The notes below the pieces were generated by a model, which worked only from the letters and a program-made list of their open reading frames with translations, ran no database searches and was not told the DNA's origin. Shown in pieces: positions 16,407 through 25,748 of a DNA stretch of 40,626 nucleotides. The position numbers and the translations under genes were made by a program. Source of the stretch: Acutalibacteraceae bacterium. Lineage in GTDB: Archaea > Thermoplasmatota > Thermoplasmata > Methanomassiliicoccales > Methanomethylophilaceae. The DNA lies in NCBI GenBank assembly GCA_963646785.1, contig CAVIXW010000002.1:1-40626 (forward strand), in the 5' to 3' direction. Position 1 is the stretch's first letter. Each line of letters starts with the position of its first letter.

Positions 16407-18311
16407 ATGAGTAACAAACAATACCTTCCGATCGTCGTGGCAATCATCGCCGTTGTGGTGCTTGCGGCAACGATCGCTTGCGTAACACACAAAGACAATA
16501 ACGGGGGGGACGACGGCGAGACCTACTATTTTTATATCTCGACTGACGCCTCCACCAGCGGATGGCACTCTGCCACGGGAAAAGATGCGGCAGATGCGTT
16601 CGCTAAAGCCATGAATGATGACGACATTGCGTACGAATTCAATGAATACGGATATCTCTTCAAAATAGGGGATCAGACCGGATCCTGGTATTCCGCCAGG
16701 TATCTTTACAACAACACTAGCAAGGCCGCCGCCGATGGAAGTATCAAGTATCCTGTCAACGATCCTTACGGATCTTACTACTCCTCCAACGGTTGGAAGA
16801 CGGTCGTCGGATACGACGATTCGAGCAGGTCCGGAGACAAGCTCTGGGAGATGAACGGAAACGTGTTCTTCTTCTCGTTGTACGATCCCACCACCTTCGA
16901 GCATACGAACCCCACAACCGACACCAATTGGATGTCTACCGGTCCGTTCAAGAGCACCATTTCGTTCAACAACGGCGACGAAGTGTATAACTTCTACATC
17001 AGCTGCGGAGGCATCACCGGCTGGTATTCCGCTTCCGGAAAGGATTCGGCAGATGCGTTTGCCAATGCCATGAAAGCCGCCGATCTAGATTATAAAATCA
17101 ACGAATACGGATACCTTTCCAAGATCGGAGACTACGAGGGATTCTGGTATTCGGCCATGTACAATTACGGCAATACGAGCAAGATCGCCGCCGAAGCAAG
17201 TACCAGGTACGAGATCAAGGACAGCTACAATTCCATGTTTGCCTCCAACGGTTGGATAACGATCTGCGGATACGACGATTCGAGCAGGGCCGGAGACAAG
17301 CTCTGGGAGATGAACGGAAACGTATTCTTCTTCTCGTTGTACGATGCGACCTACGCACACGACAGCCCCCTCACCGATTCCAGGTGGATGGTCAGCGGTC
17401 CTTTCGGCGACAGCCAGTTCTACTACTTCTATATCTCCACCGATCAGTTCACCGCAGGCTGGCACACCGGTGTGGGGGCCGATGCGGCCGAGGCGTTCGC
17501 CAACGCCATGAAAGCAGACGACATCATCTACGAGTTCGGCGAGGATGGGTACCTTACAAGGATCGGAAATGAGAGCGGATATTGGTATTCCGCCATGTAT
17601 CTTTACAGCAATACGAGCAATGATGCCGCAGTTAATAGTATCCTGTATTCCGTCTACGATTCTTACGGATCTTACTACTCCTCCAACGGTTGGCGGACGA
17701 TCTACGGATACGATGATTCGAGCAGGGCCGGAGACAAGCTCTGGGAAATGAACGGAAACGTGTTCTTCTTCTCGCTGTATGATCCCGAAACCTTCGCTCA
17801 TACGAATCCCACCACCGACATCAAGTGGATGTCCACCGGCCCGTTCGAGAGTACCATGATCCTGAAGGGCTACGATGAAGAGTATTACTTCTACATCAGC
17901 TGCGAAGAGATCACCGGCTGGTATTCTGCCACCGGCGTGGATGCGGCAGAGGCGTTTGCCAATGCCATGGACGCCGTCGGCCTCGACTACGAGTTCAGAG
18001 CTGGGTACCTTTCCAAGATCGGAGACTACGAGGGATCCTGGTATTCGGCCATGTACAATTATGCCAACACGACCAAAATCGCTGCAGATAACAGTATTCT
18101 GTCCCCTGTTGAGAGTGGTTGGGGATATCAAGGCTCCAACGGTTGGTTGAACATCGCAGGGTATGATGATTCGAGCAGGTCCGGGGACAAGCTCTGGGAG
18201 ATGAACGGAAACGTGTTCTTCTTCTCGATGTATGATGATTACTGGATGCCCAGCATCAACCCCACAACCACCATCGCAGATTGGTCGACCACCGGACCGT
18301 TTGCTGCCTAA
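16407..18311 (+). CDS. Membrane-anchored/secreted protein with four ~150-aa tandem domains (possibly DUF4430/transcobalamin-C-like)
   Basis: N-terminal hydrophobic helix, then four repeats of YxFYIS..GW..A.G.DAA.AFA.AM...GYL.KIG...G.WY...GYDDSSR.GDKLWEMNGNVFFFS.YD...GPF. RBS GGTGA. The family assignment is tentative. Confidence 0.8.
   Translation: MSNKQYLPIVVAIIAVVVLAATIACVTHKDNNGGDDGETYYFYISTDASTSGWHSATGKDAADAFAKAMNDDDIAYEFNEYGYLFKIGDQTGSWYSARYLYNNTSKAAADGSIKYPVNDPYGSYYSSNGWKTVVGYDDSSRSGDKLWEMNGNVFFFSLYDPTTFEHTNPTTDTNWMSTGPFKSTISFNNGDEVYNFYISCGGITGWYSASGKDSADAFANAMKAADLDYKINEYGYLSKIGDYEGFWYSAMYNYGNTSKIAAEASTRYEIKDSYNSMFASNGWITICGYDDSSRAGDKLWEMNGNVFFFSLYDATYAHDSPLTDSRWMVSGPFGDSQFYYFYISTDQFTAGWHTGVGADAAEAFANAMKADDIIYEFGEDGYLTRIGNESGYWYSAMYLYSNTSNDAAVNSILYSVYDSYGSYYSSNGWRTIYGYDDSSRAGDKLWEMNGNVFFFSLYDPETFAHTNPTTDIKWMSTGPFESTMILKGYDEEYYFYISCEEITGWYSATGVDAAEAFANAMDAVGLDYEFRAGYLSKIGDYEGSWYSAMYNYANTTKIAADNSILSPVESGWGYQGSNGWLNIAGYDDSSRSGDKLWEMNGNVFFFSMYDDYWMPSINPTTTIADWSTTGPFAA
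16521..18303 (+). repeat. Four intragenic repeats (~440-460 bp period, ABAB pattern)
   Basis: Near-identical ~78-bp cores at about 16809, 17268, 17706 and 18159. Confidence 0.9.
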
Positions 18312-18316
18312 ACCCA

Positions 18317-18334
18317 GAGGGGGCATACCCCCTC
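18317..18334 (+). terminator. Hairpin after the repeat-protein gene
   Basis: GAGGGGG-CATA-CCCCCTC, a perfect 7-bp stem. Confidence 0.5.
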
Positions 18335-18354
18335 GAATTATCTCAGTGACCAGT

Positions 18355-19788
18355 ATGATCGATAATTCTTGGATTCACAGTTCGAATGGTACCCGTCCGA
18401 AACGTTCGATTTCGAAGATCAAAGTAAGTCTGACCTTGTCGATCTTACTGGTCGGGACCATATTGACATTATGTCTGAACGGTCTCGGAGCCAACAGCAC
18501 CCAATATCAGTCCGAAGGCATCGTCATCGATTTCGGCGGATACAAGACCGTTTGGACAGATGCCGATTACAATACGGTTTCGGATCCCGTGGAACTTTTG
18601 GACAACGCATGCAAAACCCACAGCTACACACACGCGATCGACGGTGACGGAAAAGTGGTCGAGATCAACGGAATCTCGAATACGGAGGACCATACCTGGG
18701 GTCTCTGGTATGTTCCGCGCGGAGAATTGGATTTTGTCAAAGCCGATTCGTATTCCTGTAGCGCGAAGGATTATACGGTCATGGCATGGGCGTACTGTTC
18801 TTCCGACGGTGCTCCCTCGGTCGGGGTGGATGCGTCCGGAACCAGCATTTACGGATATTCCACCGCCCGGAGCACGATCACCCTATCTCCCTCGGCAACC
18901 GAGATCCTCGGATCCCTGAATGCCGTCTCCACCCTCGTTGGAACGGATTTTTACAGCGACTATCCCAGCAGCGTCGTGGACGGCAAGGCGAACAACAGCA
19001 TCAAAGTGGTCGGGACATACACGGATCCGAGTTACGAATCCATTATGAAACTAAGTCCCGATCTTGTCATCTGCGACGGTTCGCAATACAATCACATTCA
19101 AATGGCAAAGACCCTCAGGAATTCGCAGGTCGGAGCCGTTCTCCTTTATGACGGAGAAAGCATTCAATCGATCCTCAACAACATCTTCATCGTCGGTGTC
19201 GCCATGGGTTACGAAGAGCGTTCCGAATGGGTCATCGAACAGCTGGGCGAAGCACTGCAGAATCTGGCATCCCTGATTGCAGGTCATTCCAAATCCAAAG
19301 TGATGATCGCCCTTTCGACCAGCCCGTCACCCTGGGTTGCAGGCATGGACACTTACGCTTTCGACGTCTCCGAGTCAATGGGCGGATCGAACATCTATAG
19401 CGATATGTACGGGTGGGCGCACATAAATTCGGAATATATCGGAAATAGTTCGAAATACGGCGACACCTACAACCCGGACGTGGTTATAATCCTCTCTTAC
19501 GGCGAGAACTACACCGCCACCAAAGAGTGCTATGACGAGATGATAAGCAAACTCCCGTCGAATTGGAAAAATACGAACGCATACGCCAACGAGAAGATCT
19601 ATCTCTTCTGCGAATCGCTCGGCGAGATGTCCCAGAGATCGGGGCCGAGGGTCGCCCAGTTATCGGAATTGGTGGCAAGGATCCTCTGTCCGGATTCGTT
19701 CTTCGACGGAATACCTCTTTTGAACTACCTCGGGGACGAGTATGCCAAATACCTCACGATTACCAAAGATCTCGGGTTCGGTGATTGA
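18355..19788 (+). CDS. BtuF-like ABC substrate-binding protein with N-terminal DUF4430-like domain
   Basis: Signal/TM helix; VVEINGISN...TWGLW domain; class III SBP motifs TITLSPSATEIL, VGTDFYSDYP, PSYESIMKLSPDLVI and GPRV. Start at ATG 18355 is approximate. Confidence 0.85.
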   Translation: MIDNSWIHSSNGTRPKRSISKIKVSLTLSILLVGTILTLCLNGLGANSTQYQSEGIVIDFGGYKTVWTDADYNTVSDPVELLDNACKTHSYTHAIDGDGKVVEINGISNTEDHTWGLWYVPRGELDFVKADSYSCSAKDYTVMAWAYCSSDGAPSVGVDASGTSIYGYSTARSTITLSPSATEILGSLNAVSTLVGTDFYSDYPSSVVDGKANNSIKVVGTYTDPSYESIMKLSPDLVICDGSQYNHIQMAKTLRNSQVGAVLLYDGESIQSILNNIFIVGVAMGYEERSEWVIEQLGEALQNLASLIAGHSKSKVMIALSTSPSPWVAGMDTYAFDVSESMGGSNIYSDMYGWAHINSEYIGNSSKYGDTYNPDVVIILSYGENYTATKECYDEMISKLPSNWKNTNAYANEKIYLFCESLGEMSQRSGPRVAQLSELVARILCPDSFFDGIPLLNYLGDEYAKYLTITKDLGFGD

Positions 19789-22700
19789 ATGAGGGGAAAA
19801 GTGTGTTCGGTTGCAGCAGTTCTTTTGGTTGTCATATGCTGCATTCCGAGCATCAACTCCGATGCCGCCGATTCCGATCCGTATATGCTGATCGATTACG
19901 GAAACGGATCGACCGAATGGTCGAAGGTCACGGGCGACAGCGGAACCGTTTACGATATCGTACACGGAACACTTGCAGCCGATAATCATTCCTGCGAGTA
20001 CGCAGGAGGAGTTCTCACGATCGACGGGAAATCCGCCCAGACCGTCGGACAGGCCGCCGACGGAGGATCGTATTCAGAGTCCGGAACCACGGGGGTGACC
20101 GTGTATTCGTATTGGCAGGTCTACAGATGGTCGGACAACGAATGGGCCGCGATCTCCGCCCTCGATGAAGATTACCAGGGAGATAATCTCGCGGTAGGCT
20201 ACTATCCCGAGGGAATGATCCCCGTCGAGACGCCCGAATACAGGTCCTCCTGGACCTGTATCGGGGGCGACGCCGAGAACAGCGTAAACCAGAATGCCGA
20301 GATCTATACCGGTTCCGGCGAAACGATCTGGCAGTTCGAACCGCCGAGCGGAAATAGCAAAGGTGTTTACGGCGCGGTTCTGTATGCAAGAGGCCAGGTT
20401 CTCGTGAAGTACGGTATGGCCGATGGGGATCTGCAAGGAAGCATCGTTTCGTACAACGTCAAAGACGGAACACAGAACTGGTCTTTCTCGTTCGATCTTG
20501 GCGATCAGCTGTCCGTCAGTGCTCCTCTCGTGGCGGGACAGTACATCTACGTTCAGACCTCGGATAACCAGATCTATATGTTCGATTGGAGGATCGGTCC
20601 CGGCGAGGACGGATCGAACGTCCGCACCATCGAAGGGATGCCGGTAGGGTCTGACACCCCCATCCCGGAGAGCATCGACGGCAGCGGGGTTGTCGGAGGT
20701 TACGGTTTCGGATTGACCTCCATGGTATTCGATTCCGGGTGCGTATTTGTCAAAAGCGCCAACGGAATGTTATATTGCTTCAACAACCAGCTGAATCTGG
20801 TATGGTCCTACCTCACCGGCGGCAAAGGGTATTACACGCCTCTGACCGTTCACGGAGATTATGTCGCCGCAGGAATGTACGACGGCGGGATCTATGTTCT
20901 GAACAAGGCCGACGGCAGTCTGATCGACAGTATGATCGTGTATCAGAAAGAGTATGGCAAACAGATGATCGGATGTCTCAATACGCCCGTGTTCGTGGAA
21001 GATGCCGGAACGGTATACTTATTCGCCACGTACAACGACGGCCGCGGAATGAACACGACCACGTACGGTATCGCGGTATTCACCCTTTCCGGCGGAAAAC
21101 TCGCAAAAACATATGATTACCTGGGTGTTTTCGGGGCGACCTGCAACCGTGTGACCTTGGCCCAGGATTTCAAAGGGATCTACTTCAATTCGGACCAGGG
21201 AACATACTATCTGAAAACCGACGGCTCGTCGGGACTGATATCCGATTTCCTTTCGGGCAGCTATGCAACGCACAGTGCTTCGGTCCTCGTAAACAACCAA
21301 TACCTTTACTCGACCACCTACAGTACCCAGACTCATGCGATGGTTCTTATCGAAAAGGACGGAACGGTCATCGGAACCTACGACTATCCCATCAACAACT
21401 ACTGTATGATAACTCCGACCGTGGTTGACGGGTACATACTCTGCGGTAACGACAGCGGGATTTATGTTGTCAGAGGGGATTTCAATCCGTATGTTCCCCC
21501 GGTTGATCCGCCGGTGCCTGATGTTCCTTCCGGAACAGAATCGGATAACCACGGCGGGCTGGTAGGCTATTTGATATTGGCCATAATGTTAATTTGCATC
21601 GTCGGGGTCATTTTGAGGATTATCCTGGGAAAAAAAGAATCGATCATTCATAAATGAGATGGGGGGACGGGTATGCCAAATATTTCACATTTATCAAAGA
21701 TATCGGGTTCGGTGATCGAATGAGAGGAAAAGTGTGTTCGGTTGCAGCAGTTCTTTTGGTCATCATATGCTGCATTCCGAGTATCAATTCCTCTGCCGCC
21801 GATTCCGGTCCGTATATGCTGATCGATTATGGAAACGGATCGGCCGAATGGTCGAAGGTCGCGGGCGACAGCGGAACCGTTTACGATATCGTACACGGAA
21901 CACTTGCAGCCGATAATCATTCCTGCGAGTACGCAGGAGGAGTTCTCACGATCGACGGGAAATCCGCCCAGACCGTCGGACAGGCCGCCGACGGAGGATC
22001 GTATTCAGAGTCCGGAACCACGGGGGTGACCGTGTATTCGTATTGGCAGGTCTACAGATGGTCGGACAACGAATGGGCCGCGATCTCCGCCCTCGATGAA
22101 GATTACCAGGGAGATAATCTCGCGGTAGGCTACTATCCCGAGGGAATGATCCCCGTCGAGACGCCCGAATACAGGTCCTCCTGGACCTGTATCGGGGGCG
22201 ACGCCGAGAACAGCGTAAACCAGAATGCCGAGATCTATACCGGTTCCGGCGAAACGATCTGGCAGTTCGAACCGCCGAGCGGAAATAGCAAAGGTGTTTA
22301 CGGCGCGGTTCTGTATGCAAGAGGCCAGGTTCTCGTGAAGTACGGTATGGCCGATGGGGATCTGCAAGGAAGCATCGTTTCGTACAACGTCAAAGACGGA
22401 ACACAGAACTGGTCTTTCTCGTTCGATCTTGGCGATCAGCTGTCCGTCAGTGCTCCTCTCGTGGCGGGACAGTACATCTACGTTCAGACCTCGGATAACC
22501 AGATCTATATGTTCGATTGGAGGATCGGTCCCGGCGAGGACGGATCGAACGTCCGCACCATCGAAGGGATGCCGGTAGGGTCTGACACCCCCATCCCGGA
22601 GAGCATCGACGGCAGCGGGGTTGTCGGAGGTTACGGTTTCGGATTGACCTCCATGGTATTCGATTCCGGGTGCGTATTTGTCAAAAGCGCCAACGGAATG

Positions 22701-23434
22701 TTATATTGCTTCAACAACCAGCTGAATCTGGTATGGTCCTACCTCACCGGCGGCAAAGGGTATTACACGCCTCTGACCGTTCACGGAGATTATGTCGCCG
22801 CAGGAATGTACGACGGCGGGATCTATGTTCTGAACAAGGCCGACGGCAGTCTGATCGACAGTATGATCGTGTATCAGAAAGAGTATGGCAAACAGATGAT
22901 CGGATGTCTCAATACGCCCGTGTTCGTGGAAGATGCCGGAACGGTATACTTATTCGCCACGTACAACGACGGCCGCGGAATGAACACGACCACGTACGGT
23001 ATCGCGGTATTCACCCTTTCCGGCGGAAAACTCTCAAAAACACATGATTATCAGGATGTTTTCGGGGCGACCTGCAACCGTGTGACCTTGGCCCAGGATT
23101 TCAAAGGGATATACTTCAATTCGGGTCAGGGTACGTATTATCTGAAAACCGACGGCTCGTCGGGACTGATATCCGATTTCCTTTCGGGCATTTATGTATC
23201 GCACAGCGCCTCGGTCCTCGTCAACAACCAATACCTTTACTCGACCACCTACAGTACCCAGACGCATGCGATGGTTCTCATCGAAAAGGACGGAACGGTC
23301 ATCGGAACCTACGACGCCCCCATCAACAACTACTGTATGATAACTCCGACCGTGGTCGACGGATACATACTCTGCGGTAACGACAGCGGGGTTTACGTCG
23401 TCAGAGGGGATTTCGACCCGTATGTTCTCCCGGT
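19732..23434 (+). repeat. Tandem duplication, 2 x ~1772 bp (19732-21503 and 21663-23434, offset 1931)
   Basis: Direct comparison by eye. The centre (19931-21102 vs 21862-23033) appears identical and the flanks carry substitutions. Confidence 0.95.
19789..21657 (+). CDS. Surface protein with PQQ/BamB-like beta-propeller and C-terminal TM anchor
   Basis: Signal peptide; propeller repeats (DGTQNWSF, SAPLVAGQYIYV, LVWSYLTG, TPLTVHGDYV, TPTVVDGYI); Pro-rich linker; TM helix followed by GKK. Confidence 0.85.
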   Translation: MRGKVCSVAAVLLVVICCIPSINSDAADSDPYMLIDYGNGSTEWSKVTGDSGTVYDIVHGTLAADNHSCEYAGGVLTIDGKSAQTVGQAADGGSYSESGTTGVTVYSYWQVYRWSDNEWAAISALDEDYQGDNLAVGYYPEGMIPVETPEYRSSWTCIGGDAENSVNQNAEIYTGSGETIWQFEPPSGNSKGVYGAVLYARGQVLVKYGMADGDLQGSIVSYNVKDGTQNWSFSFDLGDQLSVSAPLVAGQYIYVQTSDNQIYMFDWRIGPGEDGSNVRTIEGMPVGSDTPIPESIDGSGVVGGYGFGLTSMVFDSGCVFVKSANGMLYCFNNQLNLVWSYLTGGKGYYTPLTVHGDYVAAGMYDGGIYVLNKADGSLIDSMIVYQKEYGKQMIGCLNTPVFVEDAGTVYLFATYNDGRGMNTTTYGIAVFTLSGGKLAKTYDYLGVFGATCNRVTLAQDFKGIYFNSDQGTYYLKTDGSSGLISDFLSGSYATHSASVLVNNQYLYSTTYSTQTHAMVLIEKDGTVIGTYDYPINNYCMITPTVVDGYILCGNDSGIYVVRGDFNPYVPPVDPPVPDVPSGTESDNHGGLVGYLILAIMLICIVGVILRIILGKKESIIHK

Positions 23435-24644
23435 ACGTCAGGTGTCCAATCTCGAGAGGCTGGTGGTCTATCTTGTGCTGATCATCGTGCCGGTCACCAT
23501 TCTCTGGCTCGTTCTGAGATTCGGACTCAAGTGGGAAAAACCGTTCAGCCAAATCGTCACCTCGATCAAAACGTTCCTGTACGGGGAACAGTACACGCAC
23601 AACACCCGCAGCAAACACCGTCTCTGGCTGGTGCTGTCCATCGGAGCGATACTGACCGCGGTTCTTGCGCTGTTATCCCTATGTCTGGGTCCGGAGACGA
23701 CTTTGAGCCCGGGAGAAGCTTTGTCCGCATTGATCTCGTCCCTGTCCAAAGGCGGCAACCATCTTACCTATGAGGAGATGCTGATCTATAATTCCAGGCT
23801 GCCCCGTACACTCACGGCATTGGTGGTCGGTATCGGTCTTTCGGTTGCGGGTGCGGTATATCAGGCGACCATCAAGAACCCGTTGGTCGAACCGTACATC
23901 ATGGGTGTGTCTTCCGGTGCTGGAACCCTGGCGATTGCCGTTATAATGTTCGATTTCACTTTCTTCGGGCTGTTCTCCCATCAGAGTCCGTTCTTAACCG
24001 CCATCGCCGCCATCGTCGGAGGCCTTCTGGCATTCGGGCTTACCATGCTGCTTGCCGAAAAGACCGGCGGAAAGTCGATGAACTACGTGCTTGCGGGTAT
24101 CATAATCGGATTGGTGTTCTCGGCCGTACAGTCCCTAATGATGGTCATGGGCGGCAAGAACATCAATTCGGCCCTGTCCTGGCTGTATGGATCGTTCGCA
24201 TCGATGACCTGGGAGAAGATATGGCTGGTCCTGATCCCCGTGATCGCCCTGTCCCTGATCCCGTATATCTGGTCGAAGGAGCTGAACCTCGTCCTGCTCG
24301 GAGAGGACCAGGCCCGGCAGATGGGTCTCGATGCGGAAAGATTCGACCGGTGGATGCTCATCATCTCCTCGGTACTGACCGCATTCTGCGTGGCGTTCGT
24401 CGGGATCATCGGATTCGTCGGACTGGTGGTCCCCCACCTCTGCCGTATGATCCTCGGCGGAGACCACAGGCTGATGCTGCCCGCTTCGATGGCGTTCGGC
24501 GGAATACTGATGATCGCCGCGGACGTGCTTGCAAGAGTGCTCGTGAGCGGGTACGAGCTGCCCGTCGGAGCCATCACGACGGTCATCGGCGTGCCGGTGT
24601 TCGCATACCTGCTGATCAAGAGAGGTAAGAGCTATGATATATGA
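21720..24644 (+). CDS. Beta-propeller extracellular domain fused to a BtuC/FecCD ABC permease
   Basis: The N-terminal ~570 aa nearly equal the upstream protein. Permease motifs follow: RLPRTLTA, NPLVEPYIMGVSSGA, LGEDQARQMG, GIIGFVGLVVPH and ELPVGAIT. An alternative start at ATG 21654 has an ATGA overlap. Confidence 0.9.
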   Translation: MRGKVCSVAAVLLVIICCIPSINSSAADSGPYMLIDYGNGSAEWSKVAGDSGTVYDIVHGTLAADNHSCEYAGGVLTIDGKSAQTVGQAADGGSYSESGTTGVTVYSYWQVYRWSDNEWAAISALDEDYQGDNLAVGYYPEGMIPVETPEYRSSWTCIGGDAENSVNQNAEIYTGSGETIWQFEPPSGNSKGVYGAVLYARGQVLVKYGMADGDLQGSIVSYNVKDGTQNWSFSFDLGDQLSVSAPLVAGQYIYVQTSDNQIYMFDWRIGPGEDGSNVRTIEGMPVGSDTPIPESIDGSGVVGGYGFGLTSMVFDSGCVFVKSANGMLYCFNNQLNLVWSYLTGGKGYYTPLTVHGDYVAAGMYDGGIYVLNKADGSLIDSMIVYQKEYGKQMIGCLNTPVFVEDAGTVYLFATYNDGRGMNTTTYGIAVFTLSGGKLSKTHDYQDVFGATCNRVTLAQDFKGIYFNSGQGTYYLKTDGSSGLISDFLSGIYVSHSASVLVNNQYLYSTTYSTQTHAMVLIEKDGTVIGTYDAPINNYCMITPTVVDGYILCGNDSGVYVVRGDFDPYVLPVRQVSNLERLVVYLVLIIVPVTILWLVLRFGLKWEKPFSQIVTSIKTFLYGEQYTHNTRSKHRLWLVLSIGAILTAVLALLSLCLGPETTLSPGEALSALISSLSKGGNHLTYEEMLIYNSRLPRTLTALVVGIGLSVAGAVYQATIKNPLVEPYIMGVSSGAGTLAIAVIMFDFTFFGLFSHQSPFLTAIAAIVGGLLAFGLTMLLAEKTGGKSMNYVLAGIIIGLVFSAVQSLMMVMGGKNINSALSWLYGSFASMTWEKIWLVLIPVIALSLIPYIWSKELNLVLLGEDQARQMGLDAERFDRWMLIISSVLTAFCVAFVGIIGFVGLVVPHLCRMILGGDHRLMLPASMAFGGILMIAADVLARVLVSGYELPVGAITTVIGVPVFAYLLIKRGKSYDI

Positions 24645-24653
24645 GGTGCTCTG

Positions 24654-25748
24654 ATGTCATTCAAAACCTTCATGCTCCGCCTGATCAGGGGTACCGGAAC
24701 GACCCACATACAGATCAAGAAGCACAGTTCGATGTTCCTGTTCGTACTTGCCGTGATCGTGGTGTTCCTGGTCATCGTCCTGTCGATATCCCTCGGCCCC
24801 AGCGGATGCTACAACCCCGTCACGGCCCTATCCTCGCTGTTCTCCGCGGCCTTCGGTTCGGGCGGAATGACCGATATGGAACTTGTGGTCTTCGATCAGA
24901 GGTTCCCCCGTACCGTTGCCGCGCTGGCGGTAGGTATCGGATTGTCGATAGCGGGATGCGTCTACCAGGCTATTATTCGGAACCCCCTGGTCGACCCGTA
25001 TATCATGGGCGTGTCTTCGGGTGCCGGAACCACCGCGATAGCTTCGATAGCATTCGGATTCACCCTTTTCGGACTGGTTCCTTCCGATTCGATCTACCTT
25101 ACCGCGATCATGGCCATCATCGGAGGTCTTCTGGCATTCGCATGCACGATGATCATAGGCGAGCTGGCCGGCGGGAGCAATAACGCATACGTCCTCTCCG
25201 GAGTCGTCGTCGGACTGATATTCTCGGCAATACAGACGGTCCTCATCATATTCGCCGGAGAGCATCTTTCGAGCGTGCTTCTATGGCTGTTCGGTTCGTT
25301 CTCGGAGGTCACTTACAAACAGGCCATCCCGGTCTTCTTCGTGGCCATAGCGTTGTCTTTGATATGTCTCAAATGGTCGAAGGAGCTCAATCTGATACTG
25401 CTCGGGGAGGACCAGGCCCGGCAGATGGGACTGAACGCCCATCGTTTCAGCACGTTCATGCTCATCCTCGCATCGGTACTCACCTCGGTCTGCGTCGCCT
25501 TCGTCGGGATCATCGGTTTCGTCGGTCTCGTGGTCCCCCACTTCTGCCGTATGCTGTTCGGCGGCGACCACAGGCTGGTCATGCCCGCCTCGATCGCCTT
25601 CGGAGGCGCATTGATGGTGGCGGCGGACATCGCATCCAGGATGCTGATGTCCGGTTACGAGTTGCCTGTGGGTGCGATAACCACACTGATCGGAGTTCCG
25701 GTCTTTGCATATTTACTGTTCAAAAAGGGGAAGATGTACAATGGATGA
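24654..25748 (+). CDS. BtuC/FecCD-family ABC permease
   Basis: RFPRT, RNPLVDPYIMGVSSGA, LGEDQARQMG and GIIGFVGLVVPH. RBS GAGGTG. Confidence 0.93.
   Translation: MSFKTFMLRLIRGTGTTHIQIKKHSSMFLFVLAVIVVFLVIVLSISLGPSGCYNPVTALSSLFSAAFGSGGMTDMELVVFDQRFPRTVAALAVGIGLSIAGCVYQAIIRNPLVDPYIMGVSSGAGTTAIASIAFGFTLFGLVPSDSIYLTAIMAIIGGLLAFACTMIIGELAGGSNNAYVLSGVVVGLIFSAIQTVLIIFAGEHLSSVLLWLFGSFSEVTYKQAIPVFFVAIALSLICLKWSKELNLILLGEDQARQMGLNAHRFSTFMLILASVLTSVCVAFVGIIGFVGLVVPHFCRMLFGGDHRLVMPASIAFGGALMVAADIASRMLMSGYELPVGAITTLIGVPVFAYLLFKKGKMYNG

Noticed and set aside
16521..18303. Diversity-generating retroelement or CRISPR-like array in the repeat gene
   Set aside because: There is no reverse transcriptase or cas gene, the repeats are in-frame protein domains, and I saw no adenine-specific mismatch pattern.
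23780..25720. Nucleotide similarity between the two permease genes as a recent duplication
   Set aside because: The similarity is confined to conserved FecCD motifs, which is normal for heterodimeric permease paralogues.
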